From positions 16,905 to 80,904 of the forward strand of contig JAFGAM010000126.1 in assembly GCA_016933675.1 (NCBI GenBank): a stretch of 64,000 bases of DNA. Reading direction: 5' to 3'. The translations under genes were made by a program, and so were the position numbers. The number at the start of each line of letters is the position of its first letter. The first letter of the stretch is position 1. Shown one piece after another: positions 18,299-28,320 of this stretch. Below the pieces are notes generated by a model. It saw only the letters and a program-made list of their open reading frames with translations, made no database searches and had not been told where the DNA came from. Source of the stretch: Candidatus Anaeroferrophillacea bacterium (GTDB taxonomy: Bacteria > Desulfobacterota > Anaeroferrophillalia > Anaeroferrophillales > Anaeroferrophillaceae).

Positions 18299-18517
18299 AT
18301 CTGGACCGATTGCGAATACGCTCCCAACTTCGATCCAGGGAGACCCAGCGTCAGGGCTCTGGTGATATGCTTCTAGCCGGCGATCCAGTTCCTTTTTCTG
18401 CTCTGCGCTGAGCCCAACGGCCTCTGGAACGGCTGCGATGCTGTCCCAGATGTCTTCGACAATTTGAATACGCTCGGCGATACTTAGCTCGAGAATGTCT
18501 GCTGCTATTGTGCTCAT
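18295..18517 (-). pseudogene. TIGR02574-type addiction-module antitoxin, frameshifted at 3' end
   Basis: ATG (CAT 18515-18517) after GGAGG; MSTIAADILELSIAERIQIVEDIWDSIAA...LSAEQKKELDRRLEAYHQSPDAGSPW typical of this antitoxin family; the expected C-terminus (ERIRNRSRS-stop) is in the -1 frame after a GGG run (plus-strand CCC 18323-18325). As a result the ORF track reads a 176-aa in-frame antitoxin-toxin fusion (17999..18529). Confidence 0.5.
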
Positions 18518-18614
18518 AGCATCCTCCAATCATGTTCTAATGAGGTGGTCTCGAATAGTGGGACAGCCTGAGTGATGAAATAAGCAATGCCCTAAGGTGT
18601 GCGGGTAATCCGAC

Positions 18615-18818
18615 TCAGGCTGCCGGATTTAGCACCTCCTGTCCCTGTTCATAAGCCTCATTAGGGGTCATCTTGTCAAGGGATGAATGCTTCCATCTTT
18701 CATTGTACCAGTTGAACCAGTTGTGCAGGTCCCTCTGTGCTTTGGCCTTGAAATCGGCGCTGTGACGGGTGCGGTGACCGTTCATGAACCTTTCCTCCTC
18801 TGAATGTGATCGGTTCAT
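18615..18818 (-). mobile_element. IS3-family transposase (DDE integrase) C-terminal remnant
   Basis: 67-aa ORF ...FKAKAQRDLHNWFNWYNERWKHSSLDKMTPNEAYEQ matches the conserved C-terminal end of rve-domain transposases; no upstream catalytic region in any frame; low-GC surroundings; a 10-bp inverted repeat (CAGCCTGAGT 18565-18574 / ACTCAGGCTG 18613-18622) at its 3' end. Confidence 0.6.
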
Positions 18819-19131
18819 TGCTTATACACCTGTCTTAAAAATTGATACCACTTCAGTAGACCCGGTAGAGGGGATAACCGGCAAACTCCTTCCGGCGAAC
18901 GAAGATCTCCCGCGGCCGGACGCCACCACCGCTTCGAAGTCGCAAACAGTTGAATATACTTGCGGGAACCCGCTTATTTTGCTAGGAGTAGCACTCTTTG
19001 CCGGGCCTGTTCCGCCGGCGCGGACGGTGATATTCCGGTGTTTCCGCCGGCGGCGGGCCAATGGCGGGCCGGCGGCGGAAATAAGCGCCCCCATGACCCG
19101 TGATCCGCAACCCTGGACCAAGGAGAGACTT

Positions 19132-20310
19132 GTGAGCAGTGATTTTCCCATCGTCTATGCCGACCGTATCCAGCAGCTCCCCCCCTACCTGTTCGCCGCC
19201 ATCGACAAAAAGAAGGCGGAGGTCAGGGCCCGGGGAATGGAGATCATCGATCTCGGGGTAGGGGATCCCGACCTGCCGACGCCCGGACATATCGTTGCCT
19301 CGCTGCAGACCGCGGCCGCCAGACCGGAACATCATCGTTATCCCTCCTATGTCGGCATGCCGGGCTTCCGCGCCGCCGCGGCGGACTGGTTCCGGCGCCG
19401 TTTCGACGTCACCCTCGATCCGGCCACCGAGATGCTCTCCCTCATCGGCTCCAAGGAGGGCGTGGCCCATTTCCCGCTGGCCTTCGTCAACCCCGGCGAC
19501 TACGTTCTCGTACCCGATCCCGGCTACCCGGTCTACGGCGTCGCCACCTCCTTCGCCGGCGGCATCCCTTACCGCATGCCGCTGAAAGAGGAGAACGGTT
19601 TCCTGCCCGATTTCGACGCCATCCCCGCTGATATCCTGGACCGAGCGGCGATGATGTTTCTCAATTACCCCAACAATCCCACCGGCGCGGTGGCCGACGA
19701 GGCCTTCTTCGTCCGCGCCATCGCAGTGGCCCGGCGGCACAACATCATCGTCTGTCACGACGCCGCCTACAGCGAGCTGGCCTACGACGGCTACCGGCCG
19801 CTGAGCTTTCTCCAGGTGCCCGGCGCCCGGGAGGTGGGCATCGAGTTACACTCACTGTCGAAAACCTACAACATGACCGGCTGGCGCATCGGTTTCGCGG
19901 CGGGCAACGCCGCCATTGTCAACGGGCTGGGCAAGGTCAAGACCAACATCGATTCCGGCGCCTTCGAGGCGGTACAGGCGGCGGCGATCACCGCGCTGAG
20001 TGCCGATCAGCAGTGCGTCACCGACATGTGCGAAATTTACCGCCGCCGGCGCGATGTGATGATCCCCGCCCTGCGGGCGGCGGGATTCACTCTGGAAGCA
20101 CCGAAGGCCACCTTCTACCTGTGGATCCGCAACCCCGAGGGGATGGATTCGGCCACTCTCGCGGCGATGCTGATCGAGAAGACCGGCGTTGTGGTGACCC
20201 CCGGCAGCGGTTTCGGTGCCGCCGGCGAGGGCTATTTCCGCATCTCCCTGACGGTGCCGGAGGCGCGGCTGCTGGAGGCGGGGGAACGGATCAGGGCGGC
20301 ACTGGCGTGA
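19132..20310 (+). CDS. class I/II PLP-dependent aminotransferase, LL-diaminopimelate aminotransferase (DapL)-like
   Basis: ORF track 18784..20310; start taken at GTG 19132 after AAGGAGAG (alternative in-frame ATG at 19093); SLSKTYNMTGWRIG contains the PLP lysine; overall DapL-like arrangement. Confidence 0.65.
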   Translation: MSSDFPIVYADRIQQLPPYLFAAIDKKKAEVRARGMEIIDLGVGDPDLPTPGHIVASLQTAAARPEHHRYPSYVGMPGFRAAAADWFRRRFDVTLDPATEMLSLIGSKEGVAHFPLAFVNPGDYVLVPDPGYPVYGVATSFAGGIPYRMPLKEENGFLPDFDAIPADILDRAAMMFLNYPNNPTGAVADEAFFVRAIAVARRHNIIVCHDAAYSELAYDGYRPLSFLQVPGAREVGIELHSLSKTYNMTGWRIGFAAGNAAIVNGLGKVKTNIDSGAFEAVQAAAITALSADQQCVTDMCEIYRRRRDVMIPALRAAGFTLEAPKATFYLWIRNPEGMDSATLAAMLIEKTGVVVTPGSGFGAAGEGYFRISLTVPEARLLEAGERIRAALA

Positions 20311-20365
20311 TCCGTCTGCGGATATCAGCGGATTATGAAGGTTCCAATTAATTCATCGCAGGAAA

Positions 20366-21169
20366 GTGTCGTTTGCCGGTGACCATGTGAAGATAAAATT
20401 TCGTTGCAATCTGCTGTTGTTCCTGTTGCTGACGGCGGTCGTCGTCGCCCCCGGCGCCGCCCGCGCCGCGACCTTGACGGACGCGGTGGTAGCCCTTTTT
20501 TCCACCCTGAGCGACAACCTCTTCTGCCGCGGTCGGGTTGCCGCGGTGCTGGACGAGCAGCGCGAGCTGATCCTCGAGTTCGGCGGCCGCCAAGTACCCC
20601 ACGAAGGCGCCGAACTGGTGGTCTACGAGGTCTCGGAGCGGGATGACGACAAGCCCGAAAAAACCTTCGCCCGGCGGCCCGTGGGTATCGTCACGGTGGT
20701 GGAAAGCGCCGGGCCGGTGGCCCGCGCCGTGGTGGTGAAGATGGATGAACCCGCCGCCCCGGGACAGGAGGTGATGGTCGAACCGCCGGTACGGGTCTAC
20801 ATCACCCCGGTTCAGAACATCATCGGCTATCCGCCCCTGACCCGCGAGGCGGTGGAGGTAATCGCCCTCCAGGCGGCCGCCTGGCCGGCACTGAAGATCA
20901 CCGGCATCGCCCGGGTCGACCGCGGCGTGATCGAGACCCTGCGCCGCCAGGTGGCGGAAAGCGACGCCGGTTACGGCCTGCTGATCCAGCCCTACCTGCT
21001 GACCGTGAACGGCCAGGCGAAGGTCCAGTTCAAGCTCCAGTCACTCTACAGCGGCCAGTCCGTCGGGGTGCTGTCGGAAGATTTCTTCAGCTACCCGGCC
21101 GCCGCCGGCGGGGCGCCGGTGTCGCCCTCAGTCCCCGCGTATCCACCACCGCCGGCCCGGACACGTTAA
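20366..21169 (+). CDS. secreted hypothetical protein
   Basis: 267 aa; signal peptide (KIKFRCNLLLFLLLTAVVVAPGAARA); GTG starts possible at 20366 or 20387; no recognisable domain; Pro-rich C-terminus. Confidence 0.4.
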   Translation: MSFAGDHVKIKFRCNLLLFLLLTAVVVAPGAARAATLTDAVVALFSTLSDNLFCRGRVAAVLDEQRELILEFGGRQVPHEGAELVVYEVSERDDDKPEKTFARRPVGIVTVVESAGPVARAVVVKMDEPAAPGQEVMVEPPVRVYITPVQNIIGYPPLTREAVEVIALQAAAWPALKITGIARVDRGVIETLRRQVAESDAGYGLLIQPYLLTVNGQAKVQFKLQSLYSGQSVGVLSEDFFSYPAAAGGAPVSPSVPAYPPPPARTR

Positions 21170-21415
21170 ACCCTCCCGGGATATACGGCGAAAACTGAAG
21201 AAACCGTCACCAATGCCGGTGTACGCTGCCATCCGGGATGGCACGGCAACGGGGTTTGGATGTACGGCGGCGGAAAACCCGGGGAATGAGGGCTCTACGG
21301 AAGGGCGGACCTGAAACCCGCCAGTACCCTGCCGCAGGAACGTCGCCTGCCCCGCCTGTGCCGGGTACGCACCGGTAAGCAACGATGCAGTTGCAGCGGA
21401 AAGGAAATTATCCCC

Positions 21416-22291
21416 ATGTCAATCGTCATCGACAGCCATGTGCATTTGTTTCCCCCGGAAATCGCTTTGCACCGGGAGCGGTTTTTTGCCGGCGAACCGG
21501 AGTTCAAACTCCTTTACGGGCCGCCCAAATCCCGGCTGGTGAGTGTCGACGAGCTGCTGGAGACGATGGACGAGGAGGGCGTCGACCGCTCGGTGGTCTT
21601 CGGCTTTCCCTGGCGTTCCATGGAGATTTCAAGGGTTTGCAACGATTATATCATCGACCAGGTTAACCGTCACCCCGACCGCCTGCTGGGGTTATCCTGT
21701 TTCGGTTTCGACCGCTCCGACGAGGCCGCCGCCGAGGCTGAACGCGGACTCGCGGCAGGGCTTGCCGGGGTAGGGGAGCTGGCCTTCTATATCGAGGGAT
21801 TTACCGCCGAAGTCGTCGATCGCTTCGCCCCGGTGATCGAGGTTCTGCGCCGCCACCGCCGACCGCCGCTGATGCTCCACACCAACGAGCCCGTCGGCCA
21901 TCAGTACCCCGGCAAGTGCGATGTCATGCTGCGTCATCTCTACCGCTTCCTGCAGCTCTACGGCGACGTGCCGGTGATCTTCGCCCACTGGGGCGGCGGC
22001 TTTCCGTTCTACCACCTGCTGAAGCGGGAGATGGAAAAGGTGACCGCCAATCTCTACTACGATACCGCCGCTTCCCCCTATCTCTATAAGCCGGAGGTTT
22101 ACCGCCTGGCGGGAGAGATGACCGGTTTCGACCGCATCCTGCTGGGCACCGACTTCCCCCTGCTCAAGGCATCGCGCTATCGCCGGGAGCTGGATTCCGC
22201 CGGCATCACGCCGGAACAGCAGGCGCTGATCCTCGGCGGCAACGCCGCCCGGCTCTTCGGCCTCGCCGCGGAACCGGCGACGGGTAACTGA
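21416..22291 (+). CDS. amidohydrolase-2 family (TIM-barrel metal-dependent hydrolase/decarboxylase)
   Basis: 291 aa; AAGGAAAT RBS; N-terminal IDSHVHLF metal-binding motif; family includes aromatic-acid decarboxylases. Confidence 0.6.
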   Translation: MSIVIDSHVHLFPPEIALHRERFFAGEPEFKLLYGPPKSRLVSVDELLETMDEEGVDRSVVFGFPWRSMEISRVCNDYIIDQVNRHPDRLLGLSCFGFDRSDEAAAEAERGLAAGLAGVGELAFYIEGFTAEVVDRFAPVIEVLRRHRRPPLMLHTNEPVGHQYPGKCDVMLRHLYRFLQLYGDVPVIFAHWGGGFPFYHLLKREMEKVTANLYYDTAASPYLYKPEVYRLAGEMTGFDRILLGTDFPLLKASRYRRELDSAGITPEQQALILGGNAARLFGLAAEPATGN

Positions 22292-23697
22292 TGTCTGCCG
22301 CGATGTCCGACGCCGGTCGCCGGGCGCCGGGCGTCATTACGCCGGAAAACGGTACTCCGGCGGTTCACGCCGGCCGCTGGGGCGTCTTCGCCATCGTCAT
22401 CAGCCTTTACTTTCTCTCCTATTTCTTCCGTTGTTCCACCGCGGTCATCGCCCCCGACCTAGGGCGCGATTTCGGCATCGGGCCGGAAGCGCTGGGCCTG
22501 CTCTCGAGCATGTATTTCTATCCCTTCGCCCTGGCCCAGTTTCCCCTGGGTCCGGCGCTGGACCGGGTCGGGCCGCGCACCGTCGGCTGCGTCATGGGTC
22601 TGCTCGCCGCCGCCGGCGCAATGATCTTCGCCATCGCCCCCACCTTCCCGCTGGCCCTCCTCGGCCGTGGCCTCATCGGCCTGGGCGTGTCGGTGGCCTA
22701 CATGGGTACCCTGAAGATCATCGCCCACTGGTTCGAACGGGACGAGTTCGCGATGATGTCGGCGCTGGCGATGGCCATCGGCAACATCGGCGCCCTTACC
22801 GCCACCGCGCCCCTGGCGCTGGCGGCGGGGCTGATGGGCTGGCGCGCCACCTTCGTGGTCCTTGGCGTCCTGACGGTACTCTCCGCCCTGGCCATCCGCT
22901 ATCGGGTGCGAAACTATCCGCCGGACCGCATACCGGAATCGGCCGCGATGCCCGGTTCCGATTCCGGTGCCGAATCCACGCCGGCGCCGAGGGCCGTACC
23001 TTCCAGAACCGGAAACGAATCCCCGGTACCGGGGGCTGCAGACAACCGACCCACGGTCGGTGACGCCTTCCGGCGGGTGCTGGGAAGCCGCACCTTCTGG
23101 GGCGTCGCGGTGTTTGAATTCTTCTGGTTCGGTTCCTTCATCGGCATCCAGGGGCTGTGGGGCGGCCCCTACCTCATGGATGTCTTCGGCTTCACTTCCG
23201 CCCGCGCCGGCGCCATGCTCGGCATGATTGCCATCGGCTTCATCGTCGGCGGCCCGGTGCTCGGACGTCTCTCCGACCGCGTTTTTCACACCCGCAAGGG
23301 GGTAGTCATCGGCGGTATGGCGGTCTATGTCATGGTTCTCGCCGTTCTCGTCACCCTGCGCCGGCTACCCCATCCCGGTTTCTTCTATCCGCTGTTCTTT
23401 CTCTTCGGCTTCGCCGGTTCCAGCGGTATCATCGGCTACGCCCACATCAAGGAAGTCTTTCCTTTGTCGATTTCCGCCACCGTGATGACGAATATCAACT
23501 TTTTTGCCATCGCCGGTGCCGCCGTGGTCCAGCACCTGATGGGCTTCATCATCGAGCGCTTCGAACCGACGGCCGGCGTCTATCCCTTCGCCGCTTACCG
23601 GGCGGCGTTCCTGTTTTGTCTCGTCGGCATGATCATCGCCGTTGGCGTCTACAGCCGTACCCGGGAAACCGGAACCGCTACCTCCGACGTTTCCTGA
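22291..23697 (+). CDS. MFS transporter
   Basis: 468 aa; 12 predicted TMs; ATG overlaps the amidohydrolase stop (TGATG); hydrophilic loop between TM6 and TM7. Confidence 0.75.
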   Translation: MSAAMSDAGRRAPGVITPENGTPAVHAGRWGVFAIVISLYFLSYFFRCSTAVIAPDLGRDFGIGPEALGLLSSMYFYPFALAQFPLGPALDRVGPRTVGCVMGLLAAAGAMIFAIAPTFPLALLGRGLIGLGVSVAYMGTLKIIAHWFERDEFAMMSALAMAIGNIGALTATAPLALAAGLMGWRATFVVLGVLTVLSALAIRYRVRNYPPDRIPESAAMPGSDSGAESTPAPRAVPSRTGNESPVPGAADNRPTVGDAFRRVLGSRTFWGVAVFEFFWFGSFIGIQGLWGGPYLMDVFGFTSARAGAMLGMIAIGFIVGGPVLGRLSDRVFHTRKGVVIGGMAVYVMVLAVLVTLRRLPHPGFFYPLFFLFGFAGSSGIIGYAHIKEVFPLSISATVMTNINFFAIAGAAVVQHLMGFIIERFEPTAGVYPFAAYRAAFLFCLVGMIIAVGVYSRTRETGTATSDVS

Positions 23698-23952
23698 GCT
23701 GTGGCTGCCGCTCTCCGGTGCGAAGCATGTCAGTGCCCCGTCACTCCGGCGCCCGGGCAGGTGAGAAGCCGGGGCATCACTCCGGCGGTAATCCGGCGGC
23801 CGTCGGCGGGCCGCTTCCGCCACGCGGCGGCGGCCGGATGCCGGTGGCCGGCCGCAAAGCCCTTGACAGAATCGTGAAACTGTGCTCGTAATGGCGGTAT
23901 TCAGATAAAATGCCGTTTTGACTTTTTTAACCGGACAGCATAGGAGGAAACC

Positions 23953-25041
23953 GTGGAGAGAAGAAGTTTTATCAAGAAGGCCGGGGCTGGCATCGCCGCG
24001 GCCGTCGGTGCCGGCCTGGCCCTCAGACCGCGGCGCGCCCGGGCCGCCAAAACCTACAACTGGAAGATGGTCACCACCTGGCCGCCGCATTTCCCGGTGC
24101 TGGGTGAATCGGCCGATCTCATTGCCGAGTGGGTCGAGGAGATGTCCGACGGCCGCATAAAGATCACCGTCTACGGCGGCGGCGAGCTGGTACCGCCGCT
24201 GGGCGTGTTCGACGCCGTCAGTTCCGGTACCGTCGAGATGGGCCACGGAGCGGCCTACTACTGGGCCGGCAAGCACGCCGCCACCCAGTTTTTCGCCGCC
24301 GTACCCTTCGGCTTCAACGCCCAGTCGCAAAACGCCTGGATCTACTGCGGCGGCGGCCAGGAACTCTGGGACGAGGTGTATGCCAAGTTCAACCTCAAGG
24401 GCTTCCTCGCCGGCAACACCGGGGTCCAGATGGGTGGCTGGTTCAATAAGGAGATCAATACCATCGAGGATCTCAAAGGTCTGAAGATGCGCATCCCCGG
24501 GCTCGGCGGCAAGGTGCTGGCCAAGGCCGGCGGCAACGCCATCCTGGTGGCCGGCGGCGAGATCTACACCAATCTCGACCGTGGCGTCATCGATGCCACC
24601 GAGTGGGTCGGCCCCTATCACGACAACAAGATGGGTTTCTACAAGGCCGCCAAGTACTATTATTATCCGGGTTGGCATGAGCCGGGAACGTCGCTGGAGT
24701 GCATGGTCAACAAGCAGAAATTCGAGGCCCTGCCCAAGGATCTCCAGGCCATCATCGTGGCCGCCTGCTACCGGTCCAACATGTGGTCGCTGTCCGAATT
24801 CGAGGCCCAGAACAATAAATATCTCAAGGAACTGGTGGAAAAGCACAACGTCCAGTTGCGGCAGTTCCCCGATGGCGTCCTGCGCGACCTCAAGAAGATC
24901 GCCCATGAAACCCTGGACGAGATCGCCAACAACGATCCTCTGACCCGCAAGGTATACGATTCCTTCCTGACCTTCCAGAAGACCATGAACCAGTGGAACC
25001 GGATTTCCGAAGAACCTTACCAGAAATTCAAGGAGCTGTAG
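23953..25041 (+). CDS. dctP: TRAP transporter solute-binding protein (DctP family) with Tat signal
   Basis: GTG start after AGGAGG; twin-arginine-like leader (RRSFIKKAGAGIAAAVGAGLAL); DctP-family body. Confidence 0.8.
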   Translation: MERRSFIKKAGAGIAAAVGAGLALRPRRARAAKTYNWKMVTTWPPHFPVLGESADLIAEWVEEMSDGRIKITVYGGGELVPPLGVFDAVSSGTVEMGHGAAYYWAGKHAATQFFAAVPFGFNAQSQNAWIYCGGGQELWDEVYAKFNLKGFLAGNTGVQMGGWFNKEINTIEDLKGLKMRIPGLGGKVLAKAGGNAILVAGGEIYTNLDRGVIDATEWVGPYHDNKMGFYKAAKYYYYPGWHEPGTSLECMVNKQKFEALPKDLQAIIVAACYRSNMWSLSEFEAQNNKYLKELVEKHNVQLRQFPDGVLRDLKKIAHETLDEIANNDPLTRKVYDSFLTFQKTMNQWNRISEEPYQKFKEL

Positions 25042-25100
25042 GAACCTTCCGCCGCCGGCACGGTTGCGGGGGTCTATTTCCGTTCGTTTCAGGGCAAATC

Positions 25101-25140
25101 AAAAAGGGCGCGGAACCATTCGGTTCCGCGCCCGTTTATT
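25101..25140. terminator. bidirectional intrinsic terminator between dctP and dctM
   Basis: AAAAA-GGGCGCGGAACC-ATTC-GGTTCCGCGCCC-GTTTATTT: a 12-bp GC stem flanked by A-run and T-run. Confidence 0.75.
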
Positions 25141-25160
25141 TCACTTGTCCGGTCGGCGGT

Positions 25161-26492
25161 TCAATCCCCCAGCAGCAGGTGCGGCAGCCAGGTTACCGTT
25201 TCCGGTACCAGGGTTATTATGCCCAGGCCGATGAGCTGGATGATAACGAAGGGGACGATCCCCTTGTAGATGTCCATCGTTTCCACCCCCGCCGGCGCGA
25301 CCCCCTTCAGGTAGAAAAGCGAGAAACCGAAGGGCGGCGTCAGGAACGAGGTCTGCAGATTGACGGCGATGAGCACTGCGAGCCAGAGCATGTCGACGCC
25401 CATATGGATCATGATCGGAGCGAACACCGGAACGATGATGAAGGTGATCTCGATAAAGTCGAGGAAGAAACCGGCGATGAAGATGATGCCCATGACCAGC
25501 GCGAGGATGCCCCACATGCCGAAGGGCAGGACGTCGATCATGTGCCGGACCAGGGCATCACCGCCCAGGCCGCGGAATACCAGGCCCAGGGACGTCGCGC
25601 CGACCAGGATGATGAACACCATGCAGGTGAGATTGGTGGTGCTTTTCATTACCCCCATCAGGGTCTCGATATTGAATTTGCCCTGCAGGGCGGTCAGGAT
25701 GGTGGCCCCCACCGCTCCCAGCGCCGCTGCTTCGGTGGGGGAGGCGATACCGGCAAAGATCGAACCAAGTACCGCCATGATGAGGAACAGCGGCGGCAGC
25801 AGGGCTTTCATCACCCGGCGCCACATCTCCTTGCGCGTGATGCCGGCCAGTTCCTCGGGATCGATGGGCGGCGCCCATTCCGGCTTGATACTGGCGATGA
25901 TGGTGATGTAAATGATGTAGAGAAAAACGAGGATCATGCCGGGGATTACCGCCCCGACGAAGAGATCGCCGATGGGGACGTTCATGATGTCACCCAGCAG
26001 GACCAAGACGATGCTTGGCGGAATGATCTGGCCCAGGGTGCCGGAGGCGGCGATGGTGCCGGTGGTCAGGGTCTTGCTGTAATTGCGTTTGAGCATCGTC
26101 GGCAGGGACAAAAGCCCCATGGTGACCACGGTGGCGCCGACAATCCCGGTGGAGGCGCCGAGCATGGCGCCGACGATGACCACCGAGATGGCCAGACCGC
26201 CACGCAGCCGGGAGAACACCAGGGCCATGGTTTCCAGCAGTTCCTCCGCCAGCCCCGAGCGTTCGAGCATTACCCCCATGTAGACGAACAGCGGCACCGC
26301 CAGGAGGGTGAAATTGCTCATGGTGCCCCAGATGCGCAGGGGTAGGAGGCCGAAAAAGGCCGGGCCGAAGCCGTAGAGGCCGAAGTACAGCGCCACGCCG
26401 CCGATGGTGAAAGCCACCGGAAAACCCAGCAGCAGGAAGAAGAACAGCGCGCCGAACATGATCAGCGCCATGTATTCGTGCAGCCCCTCCAT
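25161..26492 (-). CDS. dctM: TRAP transporter large permease
   Basis: 443 aa polytopic membrane protein of the DctM family. Confidence 0.85.
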   Translation of the reverse strand: MEGLHEYMALIMFGALFFFLLLGFPVAFTIGGVALYFGLYGFGPAFFGLLPLRIWGTMSNFTLLAVPLFVYMGVMLERSGLAEELLETMALVFSRLRGGLAISVVIVGAMLGASTGIVGATVVTMGLLSLPTMLKRNYSKTLTTGTIAASGTLGQIIPPSIVLVLLGDIMNVPIGDLFVGAVIPGMILVFLYIIYITIIASIKPEWAPPIDPEELAGITRKEMWRRVMKALLPPLFLIMAVLGSIFAGIASPTEAAALGAVGATILTALQGKFNIETLMGVMKSTTNLTCMVFIILVGATSLGLVFRGLGGDALVRHMIDVLPFGMWGILALVMGIIFIAGFFLDFIEITFIIVPVFAPIMIHMGVDMLWLAVLIAVNLQTSFLTPPFGFSLFYLKGVAPAGVETMDIYKGIVPFVIIQLIGLGIITLVPETVTWLPHLLLGD

Positions 26493-27066
26493 TACTTCAC
26501 CTCCTCGCCGGCAACCGGTGCCGCCCCGGTGTAATCACCCACTTCCGGCTCCCGGCCGATGATGACGAGGAAATTCTTGATCGCCTGGGAGATACCCTGG
26601 AGAATCACCAGGGAGAAACCGATGGGAATCATCGCCTTGAGGATGTAGCGCGCCGGCAGCCCGCCGGGATCGGGTGAAATCTCACCCAGAGACCAGGAAC
26701 TGGCGACAAAGCCCCTGGAAGCGTAGATTACCATGAGCGAGTAGGGGATAAGAAAGACGATGGTGCCGAGAAAATCGATCCAGGCCTTCTGCCGGGTGGA
26801 AAGCCGGGTATAGACGATATCTACCCGGACGTGGGCGTCCTTCTTGAGCGCATAGGCGGCGCCGATGAGGAAGATGACCGCGAACAGGTGCCATTCCAGC
26901 TCCTGCAGGGCAATGTTGCCCTGCTTGAAGACATAGCGCATAACCACGTCGTAGAACACATTCAGGACCATGATGGTGGTGAGCCATGAGACCCCCAGGC
27001 CGATCCACTCGTTGAACAGATCGATAAACTGGGAGATGCGTTTCAGTAATGACACGGTAACCCCTC
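26492..27066 (-). CDS. dctQ: TRAP transporter small permease
   Basis: start taken at GTG (CAC 27064-27066) after AAGGAGGAGGGG; four TMs; directly upstream of and overlapping dctM. Confidence 0.75.
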
Positions 27067-27456
27067 CTCCTTTTCCTCTCAACGATGACACCGCGTTGGG
27101 CATATGGACATAAATCCCAACCCTTGTATACGAAATTCAACCGGAGCGCAACGGTATTTTGATATCGCTAAAACAAGTTTTAATATCATTAAAATAGGTT
27201 GTCCGAGGATGGAAAATCGGTATGGGTATTGCCGTCATCAGGGCGGACATAATGGTTGTCCCACCGATTGAAAAAGCATTGACAGGGACGCCGGCCTGTT
27301 TTACGAAGGCCTTGACGGTATCCTCCGGGGTCCGTCCCGGGGGCATCGGGTTTGTTTCGCCATGCCACGGCACCGCGCCGGCAACGTCCGGGGGCAGGAT
27401 GACCTGATAGCGCGTTTGTGCCCCGCGAGAACCAGCTCAGGAAATGGAGAACTTTC

Positions 27457-28320
27457 ATGGATGCAACACCGGATCCCCAGCGGCCGGAATTCTGGCGCCG
27501 TTATGCCGCCGAGCGCCGGCAGCGGTTCGAGAACCGCAAGGTAGCCAGCGCCGAGAAATGGGATGGCCTGGCGGACCACTACCGGAAGTTTGAACATGCC
27601 GAGGATTTCGTCGCCGACCAGCAGCAGGTCATCGACCGCCTGGCCGCCGCCGGCATGCTCGGACCGGAGACCTCGGTGATCGATGTAGCCTGCGGGCCGG
27701 GTACCCACTGCACCGCCTTCTGCGAGCGCTGCCGCGACGTGGTGGGGGTCGACGTGGCACCGAAGATGATCGCCCGGCTCGAGGAGAAGAAGACACGGCT
27801 CGGTCTGGAAAACCTCGAGGTGGTCTGCGCCGATTTTTTTACCTATACCACCGACCGGAACTTCGACCTGGTGTTCGTCTCCATGAGCCCGATCCTCAAC
27901 GACCTCGCGGCGGTGGACCGCCTGCTGGCCCTGTCGAAACGGTATGTGGCACTGGTATACTGGGCCGGGGTGCGGGACAACCCGCTCTACAACCACTGTT
28001 ACCGAATGATCTACGGCGAGGATTTCGTCTGGGATCCCCTCGACGTGACGGTGATCTTCAACTACCTGTACAGCCTCGGGCTGGCGCCGGAAATATCCTA
28101 CCAGTATGCCGTCTGGCATCGGGAGGAAACCCTGGCGCGGATCATCGAACACGTGATCTGGCATCTGGAATTCTACCGGCCGCTGACCGCCGATGAAAAG
28201 GAGCGGGTGAAGGCATATCTGACCCCGTTTGCCGCGGCCGACGGCCAGGTGCGCTACAACACCCGGGTGCGCAAAGGTACCCTGCTGCTGGACAAACAGG
28301 CGGGCGACGAGGTGTCCTGA
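27457..28320 (+). CDS. class I SAM-dependent methyltransferase
   Basis: ATG 27457 after GGAGAA; motif I VIDVACGPGTH; Rossmann MTase fold pattern. Confidence 0.65.
   Translation: MDATPDPQRPEFWRRYAAERRQRFENRKVASAEKWDGLADHYRKFEHAEDFVADQQQVIDRLAAAGMLGPETSVIDVACGPGTHCTAFCERCRDVVGVDVAPKMIARLEEKKTRLGLENLEVVCADFFTYTTDRNFDLVFVSMSPILNDLAAVDRLLALSKRYVALVYWAGVRDNPLYNHCYRMIYGEDFVWDPLDVTVIFNYLYSLGLAPEISYQYAVWHREETLARIIEHVIWHLEFYRPLTADEKERVKAYLTPFAAADGQVRYNTRVRKGTLLLDKQAGDEVS

Noticed and set aside
17999-18529. A genuine single-chain antitoxin-toxin fusion protein
   Set aside because: Three-frame reading shows the canonical antitoxin stop, the GTGA overlap and the toxin start in the other frames. Two 1-nt homopolymer deletions explain the fusion better.
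23908-23919. Shared AAATGCCGTTTT 12-mer in two promoter regions (23908 and 42964)
   Set aside because: The two copies occupy different positions relative to the putative -35/-10 elements. Two occurrences are insufficient to call a regulatory motif.
23740-23952. c-di-GMP-I (GEMM) riboswitch upstream of dctP
   Set aside because: Only a partial CGCAAAGCC match; the other conserved GEMM elements are not present.
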